From: a virus
Taxonomy: Duplodnaviria > Caudoviricetes
Length of the DNA: 40,667 bases
Reading direction: 5' to 3' (one strand)
Virus record (IMG/VR): IMGVR_UViG_3300023218_000085
Coordinates: 1-40,667 of that record
Shown: piece after piece, positions 26,686 through 36,087 of the stretch
How positions within the stretch are numbered: position 1 is the first letter of the stretch
How the letters are laid out: every line of letters begins with the position of its first letter
Made by a program: the position numbers and the translations under genes
The notes under the pieces: model-generated
Database searches by the model: none
What the model was told of the DNA's origin: nothing
The model's input: the letters and a program-made list of their open reading frames with translations, nothing else

Positions 26686-29421
26686 GTGCCGCTCCTATCC
26701 GCGCTCACGGCGGGCGACTACGACAAGCTGCGCGCGCCGCGCTACCACGGCGCGACCTACATGACGGTCCTGCCGACCGTGACCGTGTTCAGCGGCCAGC
26801 AGGACGGCGATTTGACCACAGCGAGCATCACCGCGCTGACGCTCAAAAACACATCCGGCACCTACAGCGATATCCGCGCCGGGATGCGCGTGCAAGTTGC
26901 GACCGACAGCGCGTACACCGACATCGTCCACGACGGGCGCGTGCGCAAAACCGCGACGTCACCGACGATTGAACTCGACGAGATTAGCGTCAACATCTTC
27001 AACAACTTTTACGTGCGGGTGCTCGACGACTTTCCGGTTCTGCCGCGCAAGCCCAAAATCACCGACGGCACGTTCTTTGCCGACTTTGACCTGGCCTACG
27101 AACAGTTGCCGCCGCTTGTGACGGGTGTGCAAAGCGCCTACGCCGGGTTCACGTCCGGCGGTGTCTTGACCATCAGCTTTGCCCCGTCCGTCACCGTGGT
27201 GGCCGACGGCGAGACGCTCAGCAGCACCACCTGGGCGGTCGGTGACGGCACCATCACGACCGGCACCGCCTCGAGCAAGGACATTACCGCCACCTTTCCT
27301 GAGGGGGTGCGCTGGGTGCACTTTACCGCCACCGACAGCGGCGGCAACGCGCTCACGCGCCACATCCTGATCGTGGCGGCGGACAACACGGACGCGAGCG
27401 CGCTGTTTCTACATTACGACTCGCTGACGGTCCGCAACCGTGTCGGCGAGGGCGCGCGCATGGATGTGGTCACGTATGCCGATACCACCGATTGGCTGCG
27501 CCGCCAGTTGGTGGTGGTGTGGAGCGATGAGGCCTACGACGGCACCGCCGGGCCGATTGACGACAACATCATCTTTTACGGTCGGCGGGCGGCGCTCAAC
27601 GACCGGGCGGTGTATGAGACGGACGGCGGCGTCACGCAGGAGACGCGCCACACGTTCAACGGCACGCTTGCCCAAATTGGCTCGCAGATCGCGTTCCCTT
27701 TCACGCTCGAGACGGTCAGCAGCGCGGCGGATTGGTTCGACGTCGAGACGCTGACGGTGTGGCGCGCGGTGTGGTTTCTGCTGGTGCGCATGAGCACGGT
27801 CGCCGAAATTGTCACCGTGCAATTTGACGCCACCGACGATGTGTACCGGCTGGGCGACACGGACACACAAGGCGCGAGCGTCTACGACCAACTGCGTGAC
27901 CTGGTCGCCTCCATTGGCGCGCAGTTTCAGGAAGGCCGCGACGGGCGCGTGGAAATCGCCCGGCGGCTGGTACTCATTGAAAGCGCGTTGGACCGGGCCG
28001 ACGTGCCGACCGTCGCGAATTGGACGACCGCCGATGTGCTGGGCGACTTATCAGTGGAAACGAGCGAGGTGGAACAGGTCGCGCTCGTGCGCATGTTCGG
28101 CGGCTCCTACAACACCGACGATGGCACGTTCAGCGCGTACGAGGCGATTGCGCCGGGGGTGGGGTTTGGCGTCGGCACGGAAACGCTAACGATCAACCGG
28201 CAGGTACTGAAGGCCGACGCCGGCAACAGTGCGATTGTGGAGTTGCGCGCGCGCGCCGGGCACACCTACGCCAACCGGGAGCCGTTTCGCGTGGTGCGCG
28301 CGGAGCACCCAGACGGCTATTGGTTCTTACTGCCCGATGTGCAGGCGAAGTACACGTTTGCCAACACCGACTTGCTTGGTGCGGGGGATTTGGTGGACAC
28401 GGTGGATTACTGGCTGGAAGGCGTGGAGGTGACGCACAACGCGGTGCAGGGCACGCGCGTGGTGCGGGGCGTCTACCAGCAGGTCACCGAGGGCGCGCGC
28501 GGTCAGTTTGTGTTTCCCGAGGTGGTGGAAACCACCGAGTACAGCGTGCCGGACGTGATCACATTCCCGGACCCACCCCCCGGCAGCCCGGTCAGCGACG
28601 AGCCGCTCGACGACTACACGCTCAGCGATGGCACCTACAACGCGCCGGACGACACAATCGACGGCGACTGCGGCGGCGACGCGGCACCGATTGTGGTCGC
28701 GTCGCGCACCTTCGACGAGAAGTGTGTCGAGGGCGTGGGTATCAGCGTGGGGTCAACCGACATGCCGGCCACGTCAATTGTTTTGACACTCGAAAACGAC
28801 GGCAGCACGACCAGCACCACCACCTTTACGATTAAAGGCACCGAGGCGCTACAGGCGTTTGACGAGGTGTTCGACGAAAGTGTCAAGGCGGACAAGTTGA
28901 CCATCAGCCTGGACCCCACGACAACGTGCCTGATGGGGTCTCGCATGCGCATCTTTGCTGTGCGCGTGCGGGAAGATACGCACAGCGACGAGTGCCAAGA
29001 TGTGCACCCGGCGGTGATTGAGCTAGATGAAGAAACGATGGGGCGCGTGGCGCCGAACAACCTCGTCGAGTTTGCGCCGCTGGACGCCGCCGTCATCGGC
29101 ATGTACTTACGCGTCGTCAACAACGGCACGAGCTGCGGGTTTGGCCGGGCCGCCACCGCGCGGCTGAATGTGGGGGGCACGCAACTGCTCGTCAACAACG
29201 GGGATATTGGCACCACAACCTACGGCTTTCGCGGCAATCAGGCGGCGCTGGATGTGTTGATTGCCGCAGATGTGCCCGGCATTGCCGGGTCCACTGCGGG
29301 TAGCGCGTTTACCGAACCGGCGGGGGAAGACATCAACTACGCGACGGGCGCCACCAGCCCCAACGCCGGGTGTTATCCGATTGATGTGAAGGGGTGGCTT
29401 GTGATTGACACCAACTCGTGA
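26686..29421 (+). CDS. Tail tip/baseplate hub protein
   Basis: 911 aa, beta/Thr-rich with a PKD-like segment; synteny. Confidence 0.65.
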   Translation: MPLLSALTAGDYDKLRAPRYHGATYMTVLPTVTVFSGQQDGDLTTASITALTLKNTSGTYSDIRAGMRVQVATDSAYTDIVHDGRVRKTATSPTIELDEISVNIFNNFYVRVLDDFPVLPRKPKITDGTFFADFDLAYEQLPPLVTGVQSAYAGFTSGGVLTISFAPSVTVVADGETLSSTTWAVGDGTITTGTASSKDITATFPEGVRWVHFTATDSGGNALTRHILIVAADNTDASALFLHYDSLTVRNRVGEGARMDVVTYADTTDWLRRQLVVVWSDEAYDGTAGPIDDNIIFYGRRAALNDRAVYETDGGVTQETRHTFNGTLAQIGSQIAFPFTLETVSSAADWFDVETLTVWRAVWFLLVRMSTVAEIVTVQFDATDDVYRLGDTDTQGASVYDQLRDLVASIGAQFQEGRDGRVEIARRLVLIESALDRADVPTVANWTTADVLGDLSVETSEVEQVALVRMFGGSYNTDDGTFSAYEAIAPGVGFGVGTETLTINRQVLKADAGNSAIVELRARAGHTYANREPFRVVRAEHPDGYWFLLPDVQAKYTFANTDLLGAGDLVDTVDYWLEGVEVTHNAVQGTRVVRGVYQQVTEGARGQFVFPEVVETTEYSVPDVITFPDPPPGSPVSDEPLDDYTLSDGTYNAPDDTIDGDCGGDAAPIVVASRTFDEKCVEGVGISVGSTDMPATSIVLTLENDGSTTSTTTFTIKGTEALQAFDEVFDESVKADKLTISLDPTTTCLMGSRMRIFAVRVREDTHSDECQDVHPAVIELDEETMGRVAPNNLVEFAPLDAAVIGMYLRVVNNGTSCGFGRAATARLNVGGTQLLVNNGDIGTTTYGFRGNQAALDVLIAADVPGIAGSTAGSAFTEPAGEDINYATGATSPNAGCYPIDVKGWLVIDTNS

Positions 29422-30185
29422 GAACGCTTGCGCTCATCTTGCTTGGCGTGCTGGCCGGGCTGTTGGCGGTTCACATAACCCTTGTAACAGTAGACCCGCT
29501 CGGTGTCATAGCCTACGGACGGGCGCTCCAGTGGGTGCGCGCCGACACGCTGCCGCACCCGACCGGCTATCGACATCCGACGGGTGTACACGCGACACCG
29601 TTTGGTCGCGTGACCATTTTGCCGGACGGCACGCGCTGGACCGGCAGCGCCCCGAACGGGTGCCGGCTGCTCATTGTTGGCGATAGTGTGGCGTTCGGGA
29701 TGGGCGTGGGCGACACCGACACGTTTGCGGCGCACCTGGCCCGGTTGCGGCCCGACTGGCACGTGATCAACACAGCGCGGGTGGGCTACAACAGCGGCAA
29801 CCTGGCCCGCGCGGCACAGGCCGCCGAGGCCGATACGGTGCTGTACCTGATGGTGAACAACGACGCCGCGCCGCCGGTGGGGGTGTGGACGCCGATTGCA
29901 TTGCCATCCCCCATCCGGCTGTACGGGCAGTTTTTTCAGCCGCGCGTGGAATTGCCCACCGACAGCGATGCGTTTCGGGACATGCTGGCCGTCATGTCTG
30001 GCGTGGACGCGCACGTGGTGGCGTTTGGCGGCAACCCGCTGATTGTCCCCGCGCGTGACGTGGTGGACGTGACGGTAATCCCCCCGCACAACGCGCCAAT
30101 TAGCGCGGCGGACCCGCACCCCTCACCGGAGGGGCACCGTCGCATTGCCAATGCCTTGCTTGATGTTGTGGAGTGTGTGTCATGA
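29418..30185 (+). CDS. SGNH/GDSL hydrolase-family protein with N-terminal membrane anchor
   Basis: VGDSVAFG (block I), NTARVGYNS, NND, DPHPSPEGH (block V); hydrophobic N-terminus. Confidence 0.82.
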   Translation: MRTLALILLGVLAGLLAVHITLVTVDPLGVIAYGRALQWVRADTLPHPTGYRHPTGVHATPFGRVTILPDGTRWTGSAPNGCRLLIVGDSVAFGMGVGDTDTFAAHLARLRPDWHVINTARVGYNSGNLARAAQAAEADTVLYLMVNNDAAPPVGVWTPIALPSPIRLYGQFFQPRVELPTDSDAFRDMLAVMSGVDAHVVAFGGNPLIVPARDVVDVTVIPPHNAPISAADPHPSPEGHRRIANALLDVVECVS

Positions 30186-31999
30186 GTGTGGACCGTCAAC
30201 GCGCCGAACTGCGCCGCAAGTTTGGCGTGGACCAGCCGCGTCGGGCGACGGTGATTGCCGTCAACGGCAGTATTTCAACGGACAGCGGCCTGTATCACGT
30301 GCGCTTTCCAGACAAATCCGTGGCGCGCTACAAGGCCACGGGCGCATTTGTGCCGGTGGCGGGCACGCCCGTCCTCGTCCAGTGGTCGCCCGCGCTTCAG
30401 CGCGAGGTGATTATTGGCGAGGACACCAACCCGCGCGCGGGCAATACCGGCACCAACACCGGCAACCCGCTGGATCCGCGCAATACCCCGCCCGCCAGTG
30501 CCAACAGCCTGAGCGAGCTGCGCCCGACCGTCTACGGCGCCACGCTCACGCTCAACGTCGGCGCGGTGACGGGCCGCACCTACTATAAAGGCGACTGGTA
30601 CACCTTCCCCGGCGCGGGGGTGAGCTTGGCCGACGCGGTGCCGACCAGCGCCGACCAGCATCGCTATGCCGTGGTTGGGTGGTTCCCGCCACTGGGCAAG
30701 CTTTACGTGCTGGAGAGCACGGCGCAAAGCACGGACGACCCACTCGGACCGTCGGACATTGCGCAAGCGTGGGCCACCCGCACCCGAGATTTGATTCCGG
30801 TGGCGGCGGTGCCACTCACAACCGGTCAGGCGGCGATTGCGGCGGCGGCGGTGGTGGACTTGCGGCAATTGCTCAACATCCTGGACTTTACCTTGGCGTC
30901 GCAGTTGGACGAGACGCTGGCCGGCGGCACCGGCATTGACATCAGCGAGAGCAGCGGGACCGTCACGGTGGCGGTGGACAGCACGGTTGCGTTGTTGAAC
31001 GCGGCGCAGACGCTGGCGAACAAAACGCTGACGACGCCGACTGTCGGCGACTACACCAACGCGACGCACGACCACGAGGACGACGCCGGGGGTGGGTCGC
31101 TCGACGCCGCCGCGATTGCGAGTGGCATTCTGGACGACAGCCGGATTCGGTGGCGTGCCGGGCTGTGCGAGGGACGCCTGACGTTGACGAGCGGCACGCC
31201 GGTGCTCACCGCCAACGTCACGGGCGCCACGTCGCTCTACTATACCCCATACGCGGGCAACACCGTCACGCTCTACGACGGGTCGAATTGGCGCGCGTAC
31301 ATCTTTACCGAGCGGTCGCTGAGTTTGAGCGGCCTGTCGGCGGACACGAACCACGACGTCTACCTCTATGACAACACCGGCACGTTGACGCTGGAAGCGG
31401 TCGCGTGGACGAACGACACGACGCGCGCCACCGCGCTCGCCACGCAAGACGGGGTGTATGTCAAATCCGGCGCGACCGCGCGGCGCTACCTGGGAACATT
31501 CCGCACGACCGGGACAAGCGGCCAGACGGCATTCACCGAGCATCTTGGCCTGGTGCAAAACTACTACCACCGCGTGCCGCGCGTCCTGTTTTTCACGAAT
31601 ACGACCAGCGATTGGACGTCCAGCGTCACATCCTACCGGGAAAGCAACGGCGGGGTGGGGGCCGTGCGCGCCGAAATCGTCACGGGGGTTCGTGAGGACA
31701 TGGTTGAGGCGGTGTTGCAGTGCACCGTTAGCGTGCCGGATACTGCCACTGACCAGGGTGGGCAGATTGGGGTGGGCGTGAATAGCACGACGACCGCCAC
31801 CGGCATTCGCGGCAAGGTAATCAACAGCGCGGGGACCACCGGCTTTATTGCCGCTCCGGCCCTCGGCGTTGCACGGGTTTTGCCCGCGCTGGGCTACACG
31901 TATTTCACGGGCCTGGAATTGTCCATTGTGGGGGGCTCCATCACATTCACCAGTTTCGGTGAAACCGAATACGGAGGCAATGTCACATGGCGCTGCTAG
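30182..31999 (+). CDS. Tail fibre/receptor-binding protein
   Basis: Gly/Thr-rich, AQTLANKTLTTP, GRLTLTSGTPV module; synteny. Confidence 0.7.
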   Translation: MSVDRQRAELRRKFGVDQPRRATVIAVNGSISTDSGLYHVRFPDKSVARYKATGAFVPVAGTPVLVQWSPALQREVIIGEDTNPRAGNTGTNTGNPLDPRNTPPASANSLSELRPTVYGATLTLNVGAVTGRTYYKGDWYTFPGAGVSLADAVPTSADQHRYAVVGWFPPLGKLYVLESTAQSTDDPLGPSDIAQAWATRTRDLIPVAAVPLTTGQAAIAAAAVVDLRQLLNILDFTLASQLDETLAGGTGIDISESSGTVTVAVDSTVALLNAAQTLANKTLTTPTVGDYTNATHDHEDDAGGGSLDAAAIASGILDDSRIRWRAGLCEGRLTLTSGTPVLTANVTGATSLYYTPYAGNTVTLYDGSNWRAYIFTERSLSLSGLSADTNHDVYLYDNTGTLTLEAVAWTNDTTRATALATQDGVYVKSGATARRYLGTFRTTGTSGQTAFTEHLGLVQNYYHRVPRVLFFTNTTSDWTSSVTSYRESNGGVGAVRAEIVTGVREDMVEAVLQCTVSVPDTATDQGGQIGVGVNSTTTATGIRGKVINSAGTTGFIAAPALGVARVLPALGYTYFTGLELSIVGGSITFTSFGETEYGGNVTWRC

Positions 32000-32514
32000 T
32001 GCAAGACATCGGAAAAATTGAACAGTTCATTCGTGAGGCGGGCTGGCAGGTGGACGGCATCTACGTCATGGCGGTTCGTGAGGAGAATGGCGAGCGCGTC
32101 TTTGACGCGGGCGATCTTGCCGTCACGGGCGCGGCGCTTAGCCCGACGCAGTTGCGCGATTTGCGCGCGGCGGCGGCTAATTACGTTGACCGCAGCCCCG
32201 CACGACGAATGCAAACGATTGCGACCACCGCCCGCGAATATCGTGACGACATCCTCACAGTCTATGAGGCCGTCATTGCGTCCGACGTCGCGCGCGATGC
32301 GACCGCCGCGCGCTGCACGCGGCTGACCGATGCGTTGCGCGCGGTGACGGCACCTTACCGCAACATCGTACTTGACGCCGTGGCGGCGGAGACGAACCGC
32401 GCGCTGACCTTACCGGCACTTGAGACGCTGACCCGCGCACAGCAAGCCGCGTTCGTTGCTGCGTGCGCGCCCATCAGCACACGCCACGCCTTGCTCGTCA
32501 CACGAATGGGGTAA
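31987..32514 (+). CDS. Hypothetical protein (possible fibre chaperone)
   Basis: GGAGG RBS; overlaps the fibre gene. Confidence 0.55.
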   Translation: MALLVQDIGKIEQFIREAGWQVDGIYVMAVREENGERVFDAGDLAVTGAALSPTQLRDLRAAAANYVDRSPARRMQTIATTAREYRDDILTVYEAVIASDVARDATAARCTRLTDALRAVTAPYRNIVLDAVAAETNRALTLPALETLTRAQQAAFVAACAPISTRHALLVTRMG

Positions 32515-32520
32515 CGACAT

Positions 32521-32562
32521 GCTGAACATGCGGTCGCTTCGCAAAGCGACCGCATGTTCAGC
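32521..32562. repeat. Perfect 19-bp-stem hairpin
   Basis: GCTGAACATGCGGTCGCTT-cgca-AAGCGACCGCATGTTCAGC; no U-tract. Confidence 0.85.
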
Positions 32563-32683
32563 CTACGCAAGTTTCGCTAGACGTGTCGCAGCCTGCGAGC
32601 GTGATGCGTAGTAGGCGATTTAGCCCAGAAATCGAAGGGTAATGACAGATGGATAGCGTTTTGATGACAACCGGAGACTTGTA

Positions 32684-33025
32684 ATGACACAGCGCTTTGC
32701 ACGATTTACAGTGGACACCGACGGGTCCGGGGCGGGCAGCGGCCCGGACGCAGACAACAGCACGAGTGCCGGGCTGGTGCGCTTTCAGGCGGCGCACCTT
32801 GACTACGACGACAGCGCGGACAGCGGGACGATCATCACGCTGTCGCACGTCTACAAGGGTGCCAGTGAAACGCTGGCGACGGTGACGGGCAACACGGCCC
32901 GCACAGTGAGCCTTCGATTTGAAGACGGCGGCGAGGTGGCGGCCATTGGTATCATTCAAGCGACGGTGGCAAGCGCCGGTGGTGCGCTAACGCCGGCGGT
33001 CACGGTGGAGATTTTCGCAGTATGA
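32684..33025 (+). CDS. Hypothetical protein (possibly virion-associated)
   Basis: GGAG RBS; beta-rich, 113 aa. Confidence 0.6.
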   Translation: MTQRFARFTVDTDGSGAGSGPDADNSTSAGLVRFQAAHLDYDDSADSGTIITLSHVYKGASETLATVTGNTARTVSLRFEDGGEVAAIGIIQATVASAGGALTPAVTVEIFAV

Positions 33026-33522
33026 GCGCTTTTCAGCGCGCGCGACGGATGTCTCTACCGAACGTGTTGGGGGTAGCTACGTCGGCTGTCACCGGCGTCA
33101 CGGTGGGCCAGACGTTCACGCACACGCAGCCGGACTTGCTGATTGTGTGGGACGTTGTGGATATTGGTGCGGCGGGCGATGCACAGCTTGACTTCCGGCG
33201 TCAAAACGCGCTCAACGAGTACCTGTTGGCACTACGTGGCGACGGCACGCTCATCCTGTTCAGCCGGATTGCAAACACCGTGACGGTGCGGATCAACACT
33301 GGCGCTGGTGCGTACACGACCGGCGCGCGGGTGGTGCTGGACGTGCGGGGTGGGGTGCACCGCGCGCATGTGAACGGCGCGCTGGTCGGCAACTACACCG
33401 ATGCAGGGGCAACCTTTGCCACCGAGACGGCGGCGCAGTTTGTTGCCAATGCGCCGAACGGCACCTACAACATTGCATTCTATCCGAACACCGCGCGCAA
33501 CCGCGCGGCGCTGGGAGTATGA
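33022..33522 (+). CDS. Hypothetical beta-sandwich/lectin-like protein
   Basis: ATGA coupling; composition. Confidence 0.55.
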   Translation: MSAFQRARRMSLPNVLGVATSAVTGVTVGQTFTHTQPDLLIVWDVVDIGAAGDAQLDFRRQNALNEYLLALRGDGTLILFSRIANTVTVRINTGAGAYTTGARVVLDVRGGVHRAHVNGALVGNYTDAGATFATETAAQFVANAPNGTYNIAFYPNTARNRAALGV

Positions 33523-33704
33523 GGGTGACGTCCGTGACTGTTGATCTTGACGCGCTGTGCGCGCTCGCGCTGCTGACAGCGCTCCTCGTCGCCGCTGCGT
33601 TACTCGTGCCGGTCCCGCCGGCGTGGCGTGCCGACGACCTCGACGATGCGATTGAGGACGACGAGGGGCCCCCGCCGTGGTGGCCGCCCCCACCATGGCA
33701 ATAA
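33519..33704 (+). CDS. Small membrane protein
   Basis: One TM helix and an acidic/Pro-Trp tail. Confidence 0.45.
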   Translation: MRVTSVTVDLDALCALALLTALLVAAALLVPVPPAWRADDLDDAIEDDEGPPPWWPPPPWQ

Positions 33705-33718
33705 GAGGGTAAACACGT

Positions 33719-34558
33719 ATGCCCGAAGTGGATATGATTGCGCTCATCGGTGGCCTGGTGGCGGCTGCGATTGGCGCCATGGCCATTATGCTGCGTCAAA
33801 TCGGCGCCATGTCGCAACATATGGCTGTGCAAAGTGAGACGATGAACGCGCAGGCGGAAGCGATTGCGGCGCGCACGGACCGTACGATTGAACAAATGGT
33901 GAAAACCGTCGGGGAGGCGTTGACCACACGCACCGACGACCGCAAACTTGAGATTGAAATGCAAAAGCAGTACATGCGGATGTTTACCGTCACACAAGGC
34001 AAGCTCGTGACGGTCGAAAAGGCCAACGCGCGATATGGCGAGATGATCCAACGACAGCAACAGCGGATTGCCGAGCTTGAAAAAACCATGATCGCCCGGC
34101 GTGATGAGGCGGACCGCGCGCTTGATGCGCTCCAAATCGCCAACCAACAGCGCCAACAACGAGAAGCGGAGGCGGAGAACTTGCGCGCGCAAGTGGCGAC
34201 GCTAGAGACCAAGGTGAGCACATTGCACAAGCGCGTGGAAAAGTTGGAGCAGGAGGGGCGCGCAAAAGATGCGGTCATTAGCGATCTCGAGGCGGAGCGT
34301 GATCGCCTTCGCTCACAGGTGGTCGCGCTGACCGACAGGAACACCGCGCTGACCGACGAGAACGCCAGGTTGGGCGAGGCGCTCACGGCGCTGCGGCGCG
34401 ATCTGGACAACTTGCAAGATCAACTCAATGAGGTGAAAGGCGATGACAATGCGAATGATACGGATGATGATACTCATGGTGGTATTGATGCTGCCACTGG
34501 CACCACCAGTAGCAGCACAGGAAGTGACGGCCAACCCAGCACTCAGCCTGACGGTTGA
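33719..34558 (+). CDS. Membrane-anchored coiled-coil protein (lysis-module candidate)
   Basis: N-terminal TM helix then a long coiled coil; GAGG RBS. Confidence 0.7.
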   Translation: MPEVDMIALIGGLVAAAIGAMAIMLRQIGAMSQHMAVQSETMNAQAEAIAARTDRTIEQMVKTVGEALTTRTDDRKLEIEMQKQYMRMFTVTQGKLVTVEKANARYGEMIQRQQQRIAELEKTMIARRDEADRALDALQIANQQRQQREAEAENLRAQVATLETKVSTLHKRVEKLEQEGRAKDAVISDLEAERDRLRSQVVALTDRNTALTDENARLGEALTALRRDLDNLQDQLNEVKGDDNANDTDDDTHGGIDAATGTTSSSTGSDGQPSTQPDG

Positions 34559-35036
34559 GGAAGTGCTCGTCGCGGGCATTGCGCTGGCGGCGCTCGTCAC
34601 CGGCATTGTGGCGATTGTGCGCCGGGACGCCCCGCGCGAAGATAAGGCCGCGAGCATTCAGGCGGAGCTGGAGCGCGCACGGCGCGATGCGGCACTCATG
34701 ACCACGTTGGAAGCCATTGCCAATGGCTTGCGGCCCGGCGTGCGCGCGGGATTACACGATGCGTTTTCGTTTGCTGACCGCGTGACCGAGCGCCCCGGCT
34801 GGGGGGCGGCCAACAGTCTGGCCGAGTTGGGCGTGGAAGCGACCGACAACGTGCCGTTGACCGAAAAGTTGCGGCGGGACCTTGACACGGTGCAAGCCCG
34901 GCTTGATGAGGTTGAGCGCCGCCAGATGGTGGCCGACGGGCGCGTGCCGGACAGTGACACGGGGCCGCTGCCCCCGCTGTCGGATGATATGCTTGCTGCC
35001 GAGGCAACGGACGGTGAACCGACCGTCACCGCGTAA
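34443..35036 (+). CDS. Signal-peptide/TM protein overlapping the previous gene (holin/lysis candidate)
   Basis: Signal-like N-terminus (...PPVAA/QE), second TM helix; overlaps the upstream gene by about 110 nt in another frame. Confidence 0.6.
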   Translation: MTMRMIRMMILMVVLMLPLAPPVAAQEVTANPALSLTVEEVLVAGIALAALVTGIVAIVRRDAPREDKAASIQAELERARRDAALMTTLEAIANGLRPGVRAGLHDAFSFADRVTERPGWGAANSLAELGVEATDNVPLTEKLRRDLDTVQARLDEVERRQMVADGRVPDSDTGPLPPLSDDMLAAEATDGEPTVTA

Positions 35037-35214
35037 CCTGAACGAAGAAGAGCGGTTGATTGTCGCACACCTGCGCGCGGCGGTGGCACTCTTTGAGGCG
35101 AGCGAGCGGGATGCGCGTTATCGTTGGCGGCGCGGGTGGTTTCGTGAGGCCGTTAGCCAAGCAGAGGCGATCATCTACGCGCGGGCGCGCATGCGCGACA
35201 TCATGCGGACATAA
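35014..35214 (+). CDS. Hypothetical protein (66 aa)
   Basis: GTG at 35014 within track ORF 34882..35214; ends just before a hairpin. Confidence 0.45.
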   Translation: MNRPSPRNLNEEERLIVAHLRAAVALFEASERDARYRWRRGWFREAVSQAEAIIYARARMRDIMRT

Positions 35215-35216
35215 CG

Positions 35217-35251
35217 AGACCCGCCCCGACCATCACGGTCGGGGCGGGTCT
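35217..35251. terminator. GC-rich hairpin ending the late operon
   Basis: AGACCCGCCCCGACC-atcac-GGTCGGGGCGGGTCT, 15-bp stem; weak U-tract. Confidence 0.55.
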
Positions 35252-35397
35252 GTACGCCGCCATCGCCGTGACCGCGCGCCGTATGGACGGGCATCTGGCG
35301 GCCCGTGGGGGTGCTTTCGCCGGGTTCGAGTCGTAGTTCATGACTGTGGTCAACGCGCGCGAATGAAATCGGAGCCTAAGCGAGGAGAAAAAAACGC

Positions 35398-36087
35398 ATG
35401 ACCAACACCATGAAGCCCAGCACCCTGCTGGTGTCTAACGCAAAGCTAGACACCGACCTCATCCCGGACGGCAAGCACACATGCGCCATTTGCGGCGAAT
35501 ACGGTGAAGCGTTGCACATGAAGCGCGTGATCAAAACCAACACCGCCGACATCGCGGATACGTTCCGCCATAGCAACCACGTCTGCCGGGCCTGCGCCGC
35601 GTGTTTCGCCGAGTCCCGACTGCTGACGAGCAATCTCTACGCCGACAGCACCGGGTACGCCTGCAAGCCAATGGTGGCGTTATCCAGCGCCACCGATGAA
35701 CGCCCCGCGTGGCGCGACCTCGTGCGCCGCTTGGACCCCGGCACCGAAACCGTTGCCGTGTTCACCTCCAACTCCAAGCGCCGCCTGTGGCCGCTGGCAG
35801 TGAGTTCCACTGTTGGCCCTGCGTGGCGCGTGCTATTCGTTGACGGTGAAACGGAGCGCCTGTTGACGGTGGACCATGCCAACTTACTCAAGATTTTAGG
35901 TATACTTGAGTCACTACTAGGCGATGGTTTTACCAAGCACGCCATCGCAACGAACCTTCTTACCGCGCACAAGCTAATTCACGCGGACAACCTGACGCAT
36001 GTGATCCAACAAGAGCGCACCGTCGCCGCCCTGCGCGGCACCGATGAATTTACCCTTGCTTTGTTTATCGCACAAAAGGACGTATGA
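35398..36087 (+). CDS. csf1: Type IV CRISPR large subunit-like (Csf1/Cas8-like)
   Basis: N-terminal CAICG...VIKTNTAD...VCRACAACF Zn-finger; VAVFTSNSKRRLWP; first gene before Cas7- and Cas5-like RAMPs. Confidence 0.75.
   Translation: MTNTMKPSTLLVSNAKLDTDLIPDGKHTCAICGEYGEALHMKRVIKTNTADIADTFRHSNHVCRACAACFAESRLLTSNLYADSTGYACKPMVALSSATDERPAWRDLVRRLDPGTETVAVFTSNSKRRLWPLAVSSTVGPAWRVLFVDGETERLLTVDHANLLKILGILESLLGDGFTKHAIATNLLTAHKLIHADNLTHVIQQERTVAALRGTDEFTLALFIAQKDV

Noticed and set aside
35319-35336. GGTTCGAGTC as a third T-loop element
   Set aside because: The flanks do not pair into a T-stem or acceptor stem.
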